A stretch of DNA of 63,800 nucleotides, filler included, from Octopus bimaculoides (lineage: Eukaryota), in the NCBI RefSeq assembly GCF_001194135.2. It is 4 parts of 4 records of this genome, joined end to end, with 100 filler letters (N's around TTAATTAATTAA, not from the genome) between each part and the next. Parts side by side here need not be neighbours in the genome. Positions count along the whole stretch, not along the records: positions 20,108 to 47,334 come from NC_068994.1; 3 more parts are not named here. One strand, written 5' to 3'. Below, one piece after another: positions 28,372-41,040 of this stretch (position 1 is its first letter; each line of letters begins with the position of its first letter). The position numbers and the translations under genes were made by a program. Below the pieces are notes generated by a model. The model was not told the origin of the DNA and made no database searches. It worked only from the letters and a program-made list of their open reading frames with translations.

Positions 28372-30299
28372 NNNNNNNNNNNNNNNNNNNNNNNNNNNNN
28401 NNNNNNNNNNNNNNNNNNNNNNNNNNNNNNNNNNNNNNNNNNNNNNNNNNNNNNNNNNNNNNNNNNNNNNNNNNNNNNNNNNNNNNNNNNNNNNNNNNNN
28501 NNNNNNNNNNNNNNNNNNNNNNNNNNNNNNNNNNNNNNNNNNNNNNNNNNNNNNNNNNNNNNNNNNNNNNNNNNNNNNNNNNNNNNNNNNNNNNNNNNNN
28601 NNNNNNNNNNNNNNNNNNNNNNNNNNNNNNNNNNNNNNNNNNNNNNNNNNNNNNNNNNNNNNNNNNNNNNNNNNNNNNNNNNNNNNNNNNNNNNNNNNNN
28701 NNNNNNNNNNNNNNNNNNNNNNNNNNNNNNNNNNNNNNNNNNNNNNNNNNNNNNNNNNNNNNNNNNNNNNNNNNNNNNNNNNNNNNNNNNNNNNNNNNNN
28801 NNNNNNNNNNNNNNNNNNNNNNNNNNNNNNNNNNTGAAATCGAATTTGAAATGGAATCTTCTAACAAAAACTATTTATTTGCAATATTCTGAAATCTAGC
28901 TAAATTAAAAATTTAATGTTAAATATTCGCGGTGGATGAATTTTCAAAATTGGATCGGATTTACAGGATTACCAACACGTCTAATAGCGGGATGAGTTTT
29001 GCCGAGGTCTTCTATACATTTAGAAAAAAATATACCAATTCTTTATACAAATAAGTGTTTAACACTTGAAATTTCAACAAAGGATGAAAGGAATGAACTT
29101 TACATATTTCAGAAGGATTAATTTGACAATTTATAGAAAGGACAGTATATATTTTATTATTATTTTTAATATAAAATCTGTAAATGAACAAACATCCAGA
29201 TTTCTGAGAACCTTAATTCTTTTCTATATATATGTATATATACACAATGTGTGAGAACTGAATAGGTGACTTCAAATCAGTAGACACCCCACCGATCATC
29301 TTTTGACAAATCACAACAATATTGACCTCACAATAATATTAACCACTCCAAAATATTCCATTTCTTTATTCTTGCTGGGCTTAACTCTCCTTCACCCTGT
29401 TCTCAATTACTATTAGTCTTATCTTTATTTTTATCTTTATCGCTATTTTATATTTATTTTTATTTCTATTTTATCTTTATTTAATTTACTTATTTTACTC
29501 CTCCTCATCGTTTTTTTCTTCTTCTTCTTCTTCTTCTTCTTCTTCTTCTTCTTCTTCTTCTTCTTCTTCTTCTTCTTCTTCTACACATGGTATCTTTTTA
29601 AGTATATATTTCCTTTTTTATGTATATATATATTTTNNNNNNNNNNNNNNNNNNNNNNNNNNNNNNNNNNNNNNNNNNNNNNNNNNNNNNNNNNNNNNNN
29701 NNNNNNNNNNNNNNNNNNNNNNNNNNNNNNNNNNNNNNNNNNNNNNNNNNNNNNNNNNNNNNNNNNNNNNNNNNNNNNNNNNNNNNNNNNNNNNNNNNNN
29801 NNNNNNNNNNNNNNNNNNNNNNNNNNNNNNNNNNNNNNNNNNNNNNNNNNNNNNNNNNNNNNNNNNNNNNNNNNNNNNNNNNNNNNNNNNNNNNNNNNNN
29901 NNNNNNNNNNNNNNNNNNNNNNNNNNNNNNNNNNNNNNNNNNNNNNNNNNNNNNNNNNNNNNNNNNNNNNNNNNNNNNNNNNNNNNNNNNNNNNNNNNNN
30001 NNNNNNNNNNNNNNNNNNNNNNNNNNNNNNNNNNNNNNNNNNNNNNNNNNNNNNNNNNNNNNNNNNNNNNNNNNNNNNNNNNNNNNNNNNNNNNNNNNNN
30101 NNNNNNNNNNNNNNNNNNNNNNNNNNNNNNNNNNNNNNNNNNNNNNNNNNNNNNNNNNNNNNNNNNNNNNNNNNNNNNNNNNNNNNNNNNNNNNNNNNNN
30201 NNNNNNNNNNNNNNNNNNNNNNNNNNNNNNNNNNNNNNNNNNNNNNNNNNNNNNNNNNNNNNNNNNNNNNNNNNNNNNNNNNNNNNNNNNATATAGTCT

Positions 30300-32267
30300 A
30301 AATAAGCAACAAGGATATCCAAAGTTAATGCAGTACGATCGGTTCACGCGATTCCATTTCCTTAAGCAATGTGAACATTACATCAAATATAAAATGCAGA
30401 GCAATCCTCAGCTGCACAAAGATATAAAAATTTACTGAAATTACATTTCAACAAAAGGACATATTTTTATAACTACATTTAAACTCTCCAAGTAGGAAGA
30501 ATACAAAATTAACTTTCCCTTATACTAGATTGAATTGTAGTTACTATAGAGATAAGCTAATCAAGTAAATTTGAATATTTTCGATTTTAGATATTGGATA
30601 TATCAAATATTTTCTTTAACTCTTATTTAGTGTGATTACTAAATCATATATTTAAATTAAAATTAAACTTTTATAGCATATTTTTGATCTCTCACCTTAA
30701 TGTATAATCTTCTTGTGAAAACTAAAATTTTAACTTTATCCATTGATGGTATATGCTTTTATTTATATTTTTTCCATTTATTTATATTTTTTCCATATCA
30801 CATTTGCTATTGCTGTGTATTTTACTTAACTTTAATGAATAAGATGTTGGAAAATTTTTAATAGTTTTTAATAGTTTTTAATAGTTTTTAAACCTTTTAA
30901 AATTTTTATCTGATGCCTGACCCTAAAGGATTCATGTTATTCCGTTGTTGTTGTCGTATTATCATTGTTATTTTATGGGTGATTTGAATAAATCTAATCC
31001 TTGTTCCATTATTATTTTGTACTTAGCCTATGTTAGTTAATACAAGTTCCTGATAATCTAAGATAGTGCAATCTAATTAAATCAGTACATAATTATCATG
31101 TTCTCTATTAATAGTTTAGTTCACCATTATATTCTATGTTAATTCCAATCATTCCTTTTATCAGTTTCTTAAACCTTGATGAGTCCATCATTATATACCA
31201 TGTAAATCCTCTGTATCAATTTTTTACATTAATTACATAATAAATTTTATCTCTTATGTGGCCTTTAATTGATATTAGATATATAAGTTTAATTTTAAAA
31301 TTTCAGTCCAATATATATATAAAAATTTTAATTTCACATCTTATCTATGGTTCCTTGTGTTGGTGTAAATAAGTCTAAATGTACTTTACCATAACATTTT
31401 AAATTAATACCACTTCATGGTTTTTACATACTGCATTAATTGATTATTTACATTATTATACACTATTTCTTTTTATTTCATTATTAATTTATAATTAGCT
31501 TTTATTTATTCACATATTAATTATGCAAGTATTGGTATCTCAAGTATTTCAACTTAGCATATGTAAAACAATACTGATACATTATTCTGATTAATGAAAA
31601 CTATGAATAACCATTTACTTTATCTGTACACAATATAGCAACTTTATTTTATACACTTTTGACCTAGGTGCCTTATAATAATATTCCCCTATTCCATTAT
31701 AAACTGGTCTGCTAGTAGAGCCCCCACCCCTCATAGTAGTTTGTCATTAAACCCTAAGAAATTTTGTACCTGTATCGTCCATGTTTACTGTCTATACTGT
31801 TTACTCCTTTCCCTACAAACAAAATGTCAGTGCCCTCTTAAGCTTTGAATCACTAGGTCTGATAGGATGGTCTATAAATCAGAAGCAAAAAAGCAAATAA
31901 AATCAATGACAGTTAAAAATCTGCTTAGAAATATTTTCTAGCCTGTATGGTCTTGCTAAGTCAAAATGTTTTTTTTTAATTCTTCCTTTCTACGTGGAGA
32001 GTTTAATAGTAGTTATAAAAATATGTCCTTCTGTTGAAATGTAATTTCAGTAAATTTCTATATCTTTGTGCAGCTGAGGATTGCTCTGCATTTTATATTT
32101 GATGTAATGTTCACATTGCTTAATTAAATGGAGTCGCATGAAACGATCGTACTGCATTAACTTTGGATATCCTTGTTGCTTATTTTGACTTTAATCACCT
32201 TATTTTGAAACTGTATGGATAATACCATACTTCATTCTGGTGCCTAAACATAAGTACCATATTCACC

Positions 32268-32302
<35 letters not shown>

Positions 32303-33640
32303 CAAAATAAGCAACAAGGATATACAGAGCTAATGCAGTACGATCGTTTCATGCAACTCCATTTAATTAAACAACATAATCATTACATCAATTTAAAATG
32401 CAGAGCAATCCTCAGCTGCACAAAGACATAGAATTTAATTAAATTAGAACAGATGGACACATTAGTATAATAATACCTAAAATCTCCAAGAAGTTAAGGA
32501 GATAGACAAAGAACATATTGTCTCCACTACAACATAGAAGTTAATAAATAAATTGTCAAGAAGACTCTGCCTGTCACTGACTTTATTTGTTTTTTATGGG
32601 GTTAGTTTTAATTTATAAACTAGTTTATCAAACCTTGTATATCTAAGGCTGAGAAATTAAAGGGCATTATCTGTTAGGGGTAGGGTTGAGAGAACAAACA
32701 GAAATCATAGTTGGTATGATTTTGAATTAGTATACTTTTTCTATAAATCTTCTCTATTGGTGTTAATAAGCTAAATATGCTTTACCGTAGCATTAATAAT
32801 TAAGCTATTTTATTTCTATGGTATTCGGCCCTAATTGATTATTTCTTTCTGAATAATTTCTTTTCACCCTCTACTGTGGTAAAAAGTTTGGTATCCATAA
32901 AGGTATCCATAGATTCCTATCCTTTTGTTAATATATTCTTATTAATAACCCTCTGAATAGTCATAAACTTTATGTGTATACAATATAGCAACATTGTTTT
33001 AAAACATTTAACTATCGTACTACATAAGACTTCCCCTGTTTCATTATCAATGGTCTGCAAGCGAGCGATCCCGCTTAGTTGTCAGTCAACATCTTGTTTT
33101 AAGTTTTCCTTTACCAAACCTCATGATTTTTATAACTATACCAACTATGATTTTTGTCTGCTCTCTCAACCCTGCCCCTAACAGATAATGCCCTTTAATT
33201 TCTCAGCCTTAGATATACAAGGTTTGATAAACTAGTCTATAAATTAAAACTAACCCCATAAAAAAACAAATAAAATCAGTGACAGGCAGAGTCTTCTTGA
33301 CAATTTATTAATTAACTTCTATGCTGTAGTGGAGACAATATGTTCTTTGTCTATCTCCTTAACTTCTTGGAGATTTTAGGTATTATTATACTAATGTGTC
33401 CATCTGTTCTAATTTAATTAAATTCTATGTCTTTGTACAGCTGAGGATTGCTCTGCATTTTAAATTGATGTAATGATTACATTGTTCAATTAAATGGAGT
33501 TGCATGAAACTATCGTACTGCATTACCTCTGTATATCCTTGTTGCTTATTTTGATTTTAATTACCTTACTTTGAAATTGTATGGATAATACCGTACTAAA
33601 TTCTGGTGCCTCAACTTAAGTACCATATTCACCTGAATCT
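30300..33640. repeat. Two tandem foldback units giving four alternately oriented copies of a shared core
   Basis: Unit A arms 30300-30498 and 31981-32186; unit B arms 32299-32717 and 33138-33557. Each right arm is followed by a shared tail of about 85 bp (32187-32271, 33558-33640) and a microsatellite. Confidence 0.9.
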
Positions 33641-34582
33641 CTCTCTCTCTCTCTCTNNNNNNNNNNNNNNNNNNNNNNNNNNNNNNNNNNNNNNNNNNNN
33701 NNNNNNNNNNNNNNNNNNNNNNNNNNNNNNNNNNNNNNNNNNNNNNNNNNNNNNNNNNNNNNNNNNNNNNNNNNNNNNNNNNNNNNNNNNNNNNNNNNNN
33801 NNNNNNNNNNNNNNNNNNNNNNNNNNNNNNNNNNNNNNNNNNNNNNNNNNNNNNNNNNNNNNNNNNNNNNNNNNNNNNNNNNNATATATATACATATATA
33901 TATATATAATTGTATATAAGAAGAGTAGTATAAAATATGGATTTAGAGAATCGTGTGGTTATCATAGTAAGCTCTGTAAGGAGTATATAATGCATAAATT
34001 TAGGAGGTATAGATTTATTTAACTACATGCTTCCATAGAGTTACGGTCGTTTCGCAACCTTCTTCATGTAGTATTAATTTCATTATGCAAGAAATTGTAT
34101 GTACATGTTTGCATTAATATGTATGGCGGCATTATATAATGCAATCATATAGTCACAAATTAATGCAAAGAAAGAAAGTTAACTCATTAGATGGCCATAA
34201 TATCACGGTTACATCAACAGTTTAAGTGTACTCTCTTTATATTTACTATGTCTGGAAGGTAGCAAATGGTCAGTAAATGGTAAAGAACAGAGCAAAGACA
34301 TACTGTAGTGCTATTCATAATACAAAAAAATATCAATTCACATATGATCGCCTTCGGATCAATTAAGTTAAAGTGCCAGATTGAAAATTAAGGAATTTAC
34401 CATCTTTAGTTTAACCAAAATAACAAGAAATAATAACACAGGTAGGTAGACTGGTTTGTGAACAAATCAAATGGTGATTCAAAGATAACAAACTCACGCA
34501 CACATACACACATATGTGTATGTATGTCTGTGCGTGTGTGTCTGTGTGTCTGTGTGTATACACACACAGACACACACACACA

Positions 34583-34627
<45 letters not shown>

Positions 34628-35214
34628 GCGCAAACATATTGTTGAAGCATATTCTGTTGTGTCTGGGGAGAGTCATTCTCTTTTGGTACCTTATAATTTA
34701 ACACACTTACCGCTAAAATTTCAATAGTAAAAACTATTGAAAAGGTTGCAAGACGCAAAGAAAAGTTTAGAAAAATAAGAAAAGAAATAAGTGGAAATTT
34801 TACCGGTGAGTGAGTNNNNNNNNNNNNNNNNNNNNNNNNNNNNNNNNNNNNNNNNNNNNNNNNNNNNNNNNNNNNNNNNNNNNNNNNNNNNNNNNNNNNN
34901 NNNNNNNNNNNNNNNNNNNNNNNNNNNNNNNNNNNNNNNNNNNNNNNNNNNNNNNNNNNNNNNNNNNNNNNNNNNNNNNNNNNNNNNNNNNNNNNNNNNN
35001 NNNNNNNNNNNNNNNNNNNNNNNNNNNNNNNNNNNNNNNNNNNNNNNNNNNNNNNNNNNNNNNNNNNNNNNNNNNNNNNNNNNNNNNNNNNNNNNNNNNN
35101 NNNNNNNNNNNNNNNNNNNNNNNNNNNNNNNNNNNNNNNNNNNNNNNNNNNNNNNNNNNNNNNNNNNNNNNNNNNNNNNNNNNNNNNNNNNNNNNNNNNN
35201 NNNNNNNNNNNNNN

Positions 35215-35245
<31 letters not shown>

Positions 35246-35435
35246 ATTTCTGAAAGGGACCAGAAAGAACTTCGTAATTTTGAAAAATGCTACACTAGAA
35301 TACATACATTACAAATTGTGCATATTTCTCATGTGTATTAGACACACACACACAAACACAAACATACATATACACACATATACGGACACATATACATACA
35401 TATGTATGTATATATAGATAGATAGATAGATATAG

Positions 35436-35474
<39 letters not shown>

Positions 35475-35665
35475 CACACACAGAGCATATTACAGACACT
35501 AATCGTATGTCGATAACTAGCTGGAAAGGATGTTTTCCAAGTGCTACAAGGTAGTAACATAGTTTTACGTTGGACGGCCAGCATACATTGTCAAATAAAC
35601 TTTACTGTACACCATCGTTACTGCTTAGATCTCATTTTGAGATTTTAAAACTAGTTTTTTTGCTC

Positions 35666-35730
<65 letters not shown>

Positions 35731-35732
<2 letters not shown>

Positions 35733-36578
35733 GAGGTGATATTAAAAGGTTCCCTAACTGGTTATATTTACTTAAGTTTTAATATCATCACCTTTAAAAT
35801 AGTTACCTTGCACAGCAATACACCAGTCTCAGCGTTGCTGCCGCTTTTGGATCCGGCCTGGAAGTCGTTTTCCATAAGTGAGTCGAGGACTTTCCGTGCG
35901 ATTCGTCCTGGATCTCGACAACAGCGTCAAAACGGTGACTCTTAAGATGCATTTTCATCAGGTTGCTAAATCTGGCGAAAACGACTGCTGTCGAAGCGGT
36001 CCCATGTTGTCTTTAGCGAGAGACTCACGAGTGAGGAGAGATCGGTGAAGAATCCAGTTCTTCGTGCTCCACACATCCGGACACTTTCGCTGAATGTCCT
36101 TCCTCAAACGCTTCAAAATGTTGTAGTAGAACTCTCGGTTGACAGACTGACCCTGAGGGACGAATTATCGATACCACATTTCTTGAGGTGACGTTCGTTG
36201 CAGCTCTTCCAGATTGCTCATCTTCTTCCAGGGAAGTTCTTACACTTGTGAAGCGCCTGTGCCACTGGAAACATTGTGTACGACCCATTGCCTCGTCACC
36301 GTAAGCTTGCCAAAGCATGCACAATGTCTCTGTAGCAGACTTCCCAAGTTTAAGGCAAATTTTCACGTTGGCTCTTTGTTCCTGTTCACGACAAAATCGA
36401 AGACTACAGAATACTCGTGATCACAAAAGCACAAATTTCAAAAACTACGAAGTAAACACAGCGATGTCGTTCGGCACACTGCCTCATGAAACTCACTGCT
36501 TGCTCTCATTACGCACGCAACCATATGCTACCATCTGTTGGCGCGCTACGGCACTAGTCCAGTTGATACCACCTCATA
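35731..36578 (-). mobile_element. Internally deleted mariner (Tc1/mariner) element
   Basis: Related ends acgaggtgatatt / gataccacctcata next to TA; HTH region MKICLKLGKSATETLCMLWQAYGDEAMGRTQCFQWHRRF...EDEQSGRA. Confidence 0.85.
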
Positions 36579-37360
36579 TATTTACGTATGTATGTATGTA
36601 TGTGTATACATACATACATAATATAAATAATATATATGCATATATACATACATATATGTACATACTTACATATATGTATATACATATGCATATGTGAACA
36701 CAGGACGTCACAGAACGTAAACAACATGAAATACGAAATACGAATATATGGAATATGAACTTACTTTGGGAACAACGAAAGAAACAAATGGAAAACAAGA
36801 CAAGCAACTTAAAGAACGACCCTACAACAGTGGTTGGCTGTTTTTCTAATTCGTATTTCAAGCAATTCATGATAAGATACGCCTTCGATAAAACAGCTGT
36901 TCCCGCAAAGTAAATTAAACAAAATTTGGGATTTTGCAGAGGGTCAAAATTGGTAACAAAAACAGGAGTGTGAAAACAAACAGGAAGGGTTGCCAAGCCT
37001 GAACGAGTTGAGGTGGCGAACGCGGAGGAACAAGCTTGGACAGGAGACAGACAAGAATGCGTCTGATTCTTGCAGCTGAATCAGAAGAAAAGAGACTCAT
37101 GCTAAGAAAAGAAAGAAAGATAGCCGATGGTCACGTTGGAGCAACGAGAGAGCAAAGGAGGAAGAGTGAGGGACAGACAGAGAACAGCGAAGGGGAGAGG
37201 AAAACAATTAGAGAAAAGATGAGAGAGAAAAAATGGAAGGGGGAGAAGGGGAGATAAAAAGAATTAGAGAAAGGAAGAGAGAGGAAATGAAAGAGTCATA
37301 GAATAAACTAGAAGTGTCGCATCGAAATTATTAAGATAAAAATACATGCATACATACATA

Positions 37361-37752
37361 TTCTTTTATTCTTTTACTCTTTCACTCGTTTCAGTCATTT
37401 GACTGCGGCTATGCTGGAGCACCGCCTTTCAGTCGAACTAATCGACCCCAGGACTTATTCTTTGTATGCCTAATATTTATTATATCGTTTGTTTTTTTTT
37501 TGCCGAACTGCTAATAAGCTACGGGGACGTAAACACACCAACACCAGTTGTCAAGCGATGGTGGGGGGTAAACACAGGCACACAAACATTTATATATATA
37601 CGACGGGATTATTTCAGTTTCCGTCTACCAAATCTACTCACAAAGCTTTGGTTGACCCGAGGCTATAGTAGAAGGCACTTGCCCAAGGTGCCACGCAGTA
37701 GGACTGAACCCGGAACCATGTGGTTGGGGATCAAGCTTCGTACCTCATAGCT
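37361..37752 (-). mobile_element. tRNA-derived SINE, family A, reverse orientation
   Basis: Reverse complement of the family A body and tail. Confidence 0.8.
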
Positions 37753-38131
37753 ACGATACCACTTTTTCTGGAGGTGACGCTCGTTGCAGGTCTTCCAGAT
37801 TGCTCATCTTTTTTTCCAGAAGAGAGCGAGAGAGCCATATATTTAAATCAATGGCGACTTCGACACTCGCGCTGTTCGGGTTTAGCCCGGATATAAATTT
37901 AGTAAAGTGAACGTGTATTTGCAAGCTGGTTTAATTTCTACCAACACTGACTTCAAGTATGTAATTGCAGCCAATAACTCGAGCTCCTTTTATTGAGCCT
38001 GGTCGCAGTTAATTTATTTCTATTCAGCGCCTAGCTGTCGTCTTAGAGGTGCCCTGTGCAACAAAATATCAGTCGTTGCAGTCGATCTCTCGACATCGTT
38101 CACACGCGCCTGACTCGGGTTCAGAAGTTAC

Positions 38132-38290
38132 AGCCCGAGTTGTTATCTATAATCGTAAAAATTAAAAGTAATTCAAATTCTATGTTTTCTTGAAACAGTA
38201 AATTTCTATAGAGATTAAATTCCAATCTATGAAAAGTTTCCGTTCTTCAATATTCTTAAAGGAACGCAAAATTATTCAGCAACTCGGGCT
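38132..38290. mobile_element. Small MITE-like element with 11-bp terminal inverted repeats
   Basis: agcccgagttg at 38132-38142 and caactcgggct at 38280-38290 around an AT-rich core. Confidence 0.5.
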
Positions 38291-38751
38291 AATACGAACA
38301 AGCTTGATAGGTGTAAAAGACTAACTGGCATCTCTTGTCAAGAATACAGGTGACAGTCAAATCGCTGCCGTTATTTGATTGCTGTTTTCTTCTGTACGTC
38401 TGTGTGCAAAGATTATTTGTGTTTTGCAGAGTTACTTTACTTTTACCATTAACTTAAAAATAGAGAAAGACATAGTGCTAGATATAAAAAATAAGCCATT
38501 TGTGGTTAGAAATAAAGTGGGAAAACGTGAAATTTATCGAGCAGGCATGTGTCTTATGCGAAATCTGTGATGAGCCCGAGTGATGTTGATGACTTGGATT
38601 TATATATCTTTAAATTAGAATAGAACCCGTTATAAATGACAGGATATAGTTTTATTCTTTACTGTTGACACCACGTACCTTAGACTGTTTTTTAAATTTT
38701 TTTATAAAAAGCATCTCTTATTTTTCTTGATTTACTTTTATTTCTTTGCAG

Positions 38752-38996
38752 TTCATGTTTGGTTATTGTCGATCGCAACGGAAAAAGTTCTTAAAGTCCC
38801 GAGCATAATAAACATGTTCCACAGTCCCTCAGTGGAAACAGGAAATATGAGCATTCAGATTAAATCGAATATAATTCACACAAATTCAATTAGAATTGGT
38901 TACAGAGATATATTTATATTACCATTTACTGATTGTATCTCCGCCGGATCAATAGACGTGACAAACTCTGGGCGAAGGAATTATAGTCTAATCAAT
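38752..38996 (+). CDS. Internal exon encoding a divergent PLAT/LH2 domain N-terminal portion (first domain)
   Basis: Acceptor ttttatttctttgcag and donor AAT|gtaaat; open frame, phase 1 to 0, the same architecture as exon 45972-46204. Peptide ...IRIGYRDIFILPFTDCISAGSIDVTNSGRRNYSLIN fits PLAT F..G..D.F.L....I.V...G...W.L. Confidence 0.55.
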
Positions 38997-39039
38997 GTAA
39001 ATCAACTATCTTTTATCTAAAATTCATTTTGCTGTTGAT

Positions 39040-39435
39040 TTAAAATAATTTCCACTCTACTCTATCCTCTCAACGGAAAATTCTACTTGCTACCTCCTAC
39101 ATTTCCTCACACCTCCCGTCCTTCATATGCACCTGAAACCTATGCAACTTACTAGTCCGTAGCTCTCCTCTGTCTCCTAATCCCATCCACCCCGGATCCT
39201 CATTTGCTCCAGACATTGTTGCCACACCTGTCCGTTGCTCACCACATTCTTTGCGGTGAACACATCTTTTACTTTTTCTCTTCTACCTTCACCAACATCA
39301 TCTATTGTTTTAAATGCTCTCTTTACGGCGCCTTATACATTAGCCAAACCAGTCGTCGTTTAGTGGACCGATTCACCGAGCACTTAAGAGACATCCGTCT
39401 CCAGAAACAAACTCCCGTTTCTCATCATTTCCGTT
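39040..39435 (+). mobile_element. Penelope-like GIY-YIG endonuclease fragment
   Basis: NLLVRSS..., CHTCP, then NIIYCFKCSLYGALYISQTSRRLVDRFTEHLRDIR. Confidence 0.8.
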
Positions 39436-40073
39436 CGCAGTGGGACTGAACCCGGAACCATGTGGTTGGAGATCAAGCTTCGTACCTCATAGCTACGATA
39501 CCACTTTTTTCCGGAGGTGACACTCGTTGCAGGTCTTCCAGATCGCAGGTGGATAGTCGAGATAAATAAATATATAGAGAAAATCCCTTCACTTTTATAT
39601 TTTCTCACGAAAACACTCGAATTATACACACCAATACACATATAAAAAATATATAGAAAGTAATAATACACGGTTACTACATATAAATAAATGATAAATC
39701 AAAAAATGTGAAAACAACTTAAAATATTCTGTAATGCAAATATACGACCATATACATTTAAAAAAGTATGGAAAACAGTCGGAATAAATAAACAGACAAA
39801 ATCCTTTCACCTTTATAATATTCACTAACAAAAGCACTCAGTACACACCAATACACATAAACAAATAGAGAAGTAATAATATACAATTACAATATATAAA
39901 TAAATAATACATCAAAAAAGGTGAAAACCACTAAAAATATTCTCTAATATACGACGATATAGATTTAAAAAGTGTGAAATATGCTAGTTCTTTATTAAAT
40001 ACAACATGCAGTCCTTAGGGAGGAACTTAATATACGGATAATGCACGCCAGTCCATCCCAGTGGATATTACTG

Positions 40074-41040
40074 TCTATGAATAATACCACAGATAGTGCT
40101 GTTGCGTGCTCAGTACCTAATTTCTCCATCAAAGACTTCAAAATGTACTCGATGATCAATGTAGTATATCAGATAGTCTGCAGTATATTCTACATTGGTG
40201 GGCACTGCCAAGAAACTGCACGTTTGACTCAGGGAACGTATATGCACAGAAACTTCGATCAAAAACACCTACAGAAATGCCAGACCCAGGATTTCACAGT
40301 ATCCATCATGGCCACTCAATCTAACACAGGTAATCTCCGCATTAATCTCCGCATCATAGTGGCCCTTCTTATTATCAAACTAAGCATGGAAGCCGCAGGT
40401 GCGAACCCAGGTGAGCCAACGGCGGGTACTAAGACGTTATATGAGTAATAGTCAATGACTGCCTTCACCGGTCACAAGCGTCATTTGTATATGTAAATGC
40501 AAGAATTGTATCTGCATAACTACTGGAAACGTGTGTATGAAACAAATTCAAAATATTTGAGTTTATCTTTATTTTGATGTGTGCCGCGCGCGTATTTAAA
40601 ATCTGGGCTACATAAACTTCACAGCGAGCGGAACTTCGGAAGTGGATTGGTTGAAGCATAATTTCTTCCTACACCTCGATCCTTGGATCTTACATTTATA
40701 TATATACACATATATAATATATGTATATATGTATATATGTAACAACAAAAATACAGATAGAGAAAATCAAATCTATGAATAATACCACAGATAGTGCTGT
40801 TGCGTGCTCAGCACCTAATTTCTCCATCAAAGACTTCAAAATGTACTCGATGATCTATGTAGTATATCAGATAGTCTGCAGTATATTCTACATTGGTGGG
40901 CACTGCCAAGAAACTGCACGTTTGACTCAGGGAACGTATATGCACAGAAACTTCGATCAAAAACACCTACAGAAATGCCAGACCCAGGATTTCACAGTAT
41001 CCATCATTGCCACTCAATCTAACACAGGCAATCTCCGCAT
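40074..41040 (+). mobile_element. Penelope-like GIY-YIG fragment present as two near-identical 269-bp direct copies (40074-40342, 40772-41040)
   Basis: NVVYQIVC..FYIG, then with a frameshift GTAKKLHV.LRE; only a handful of substitutions between the two copies. Confidence 0.65.

Larger units (their letters stand above)
37694..39543 (+). repeat. Direct repeat of about 108 bp of a SINE-mariner junction (37694-37800 and 39436-39543)
   Basis: Both copies read cgcagt.ggactgaacccggaaccatgtggttgg.gatcaagcttcgtacctcatagctacgataccacttttt.c.ggaggtgac.ctcgttgcaggtcttccagat. Confidence 0.85.

Noticed and set aside
28920-29120. Protein-like stretches (IFAVDEFSKLDRIY..., NKCLTLEISTKDERNELYIFQK)
   Set aside because: They lie in different frames, are bounded by stops and have no convincing splice pair.
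37036-37257. Charged ORF (MRLILAAESEEKRLMLRK...) as a Helitron N-terminus or host exon
   Set aside because: It is purine-rich low-complexity sequence without diagnostic motifs or splice support.
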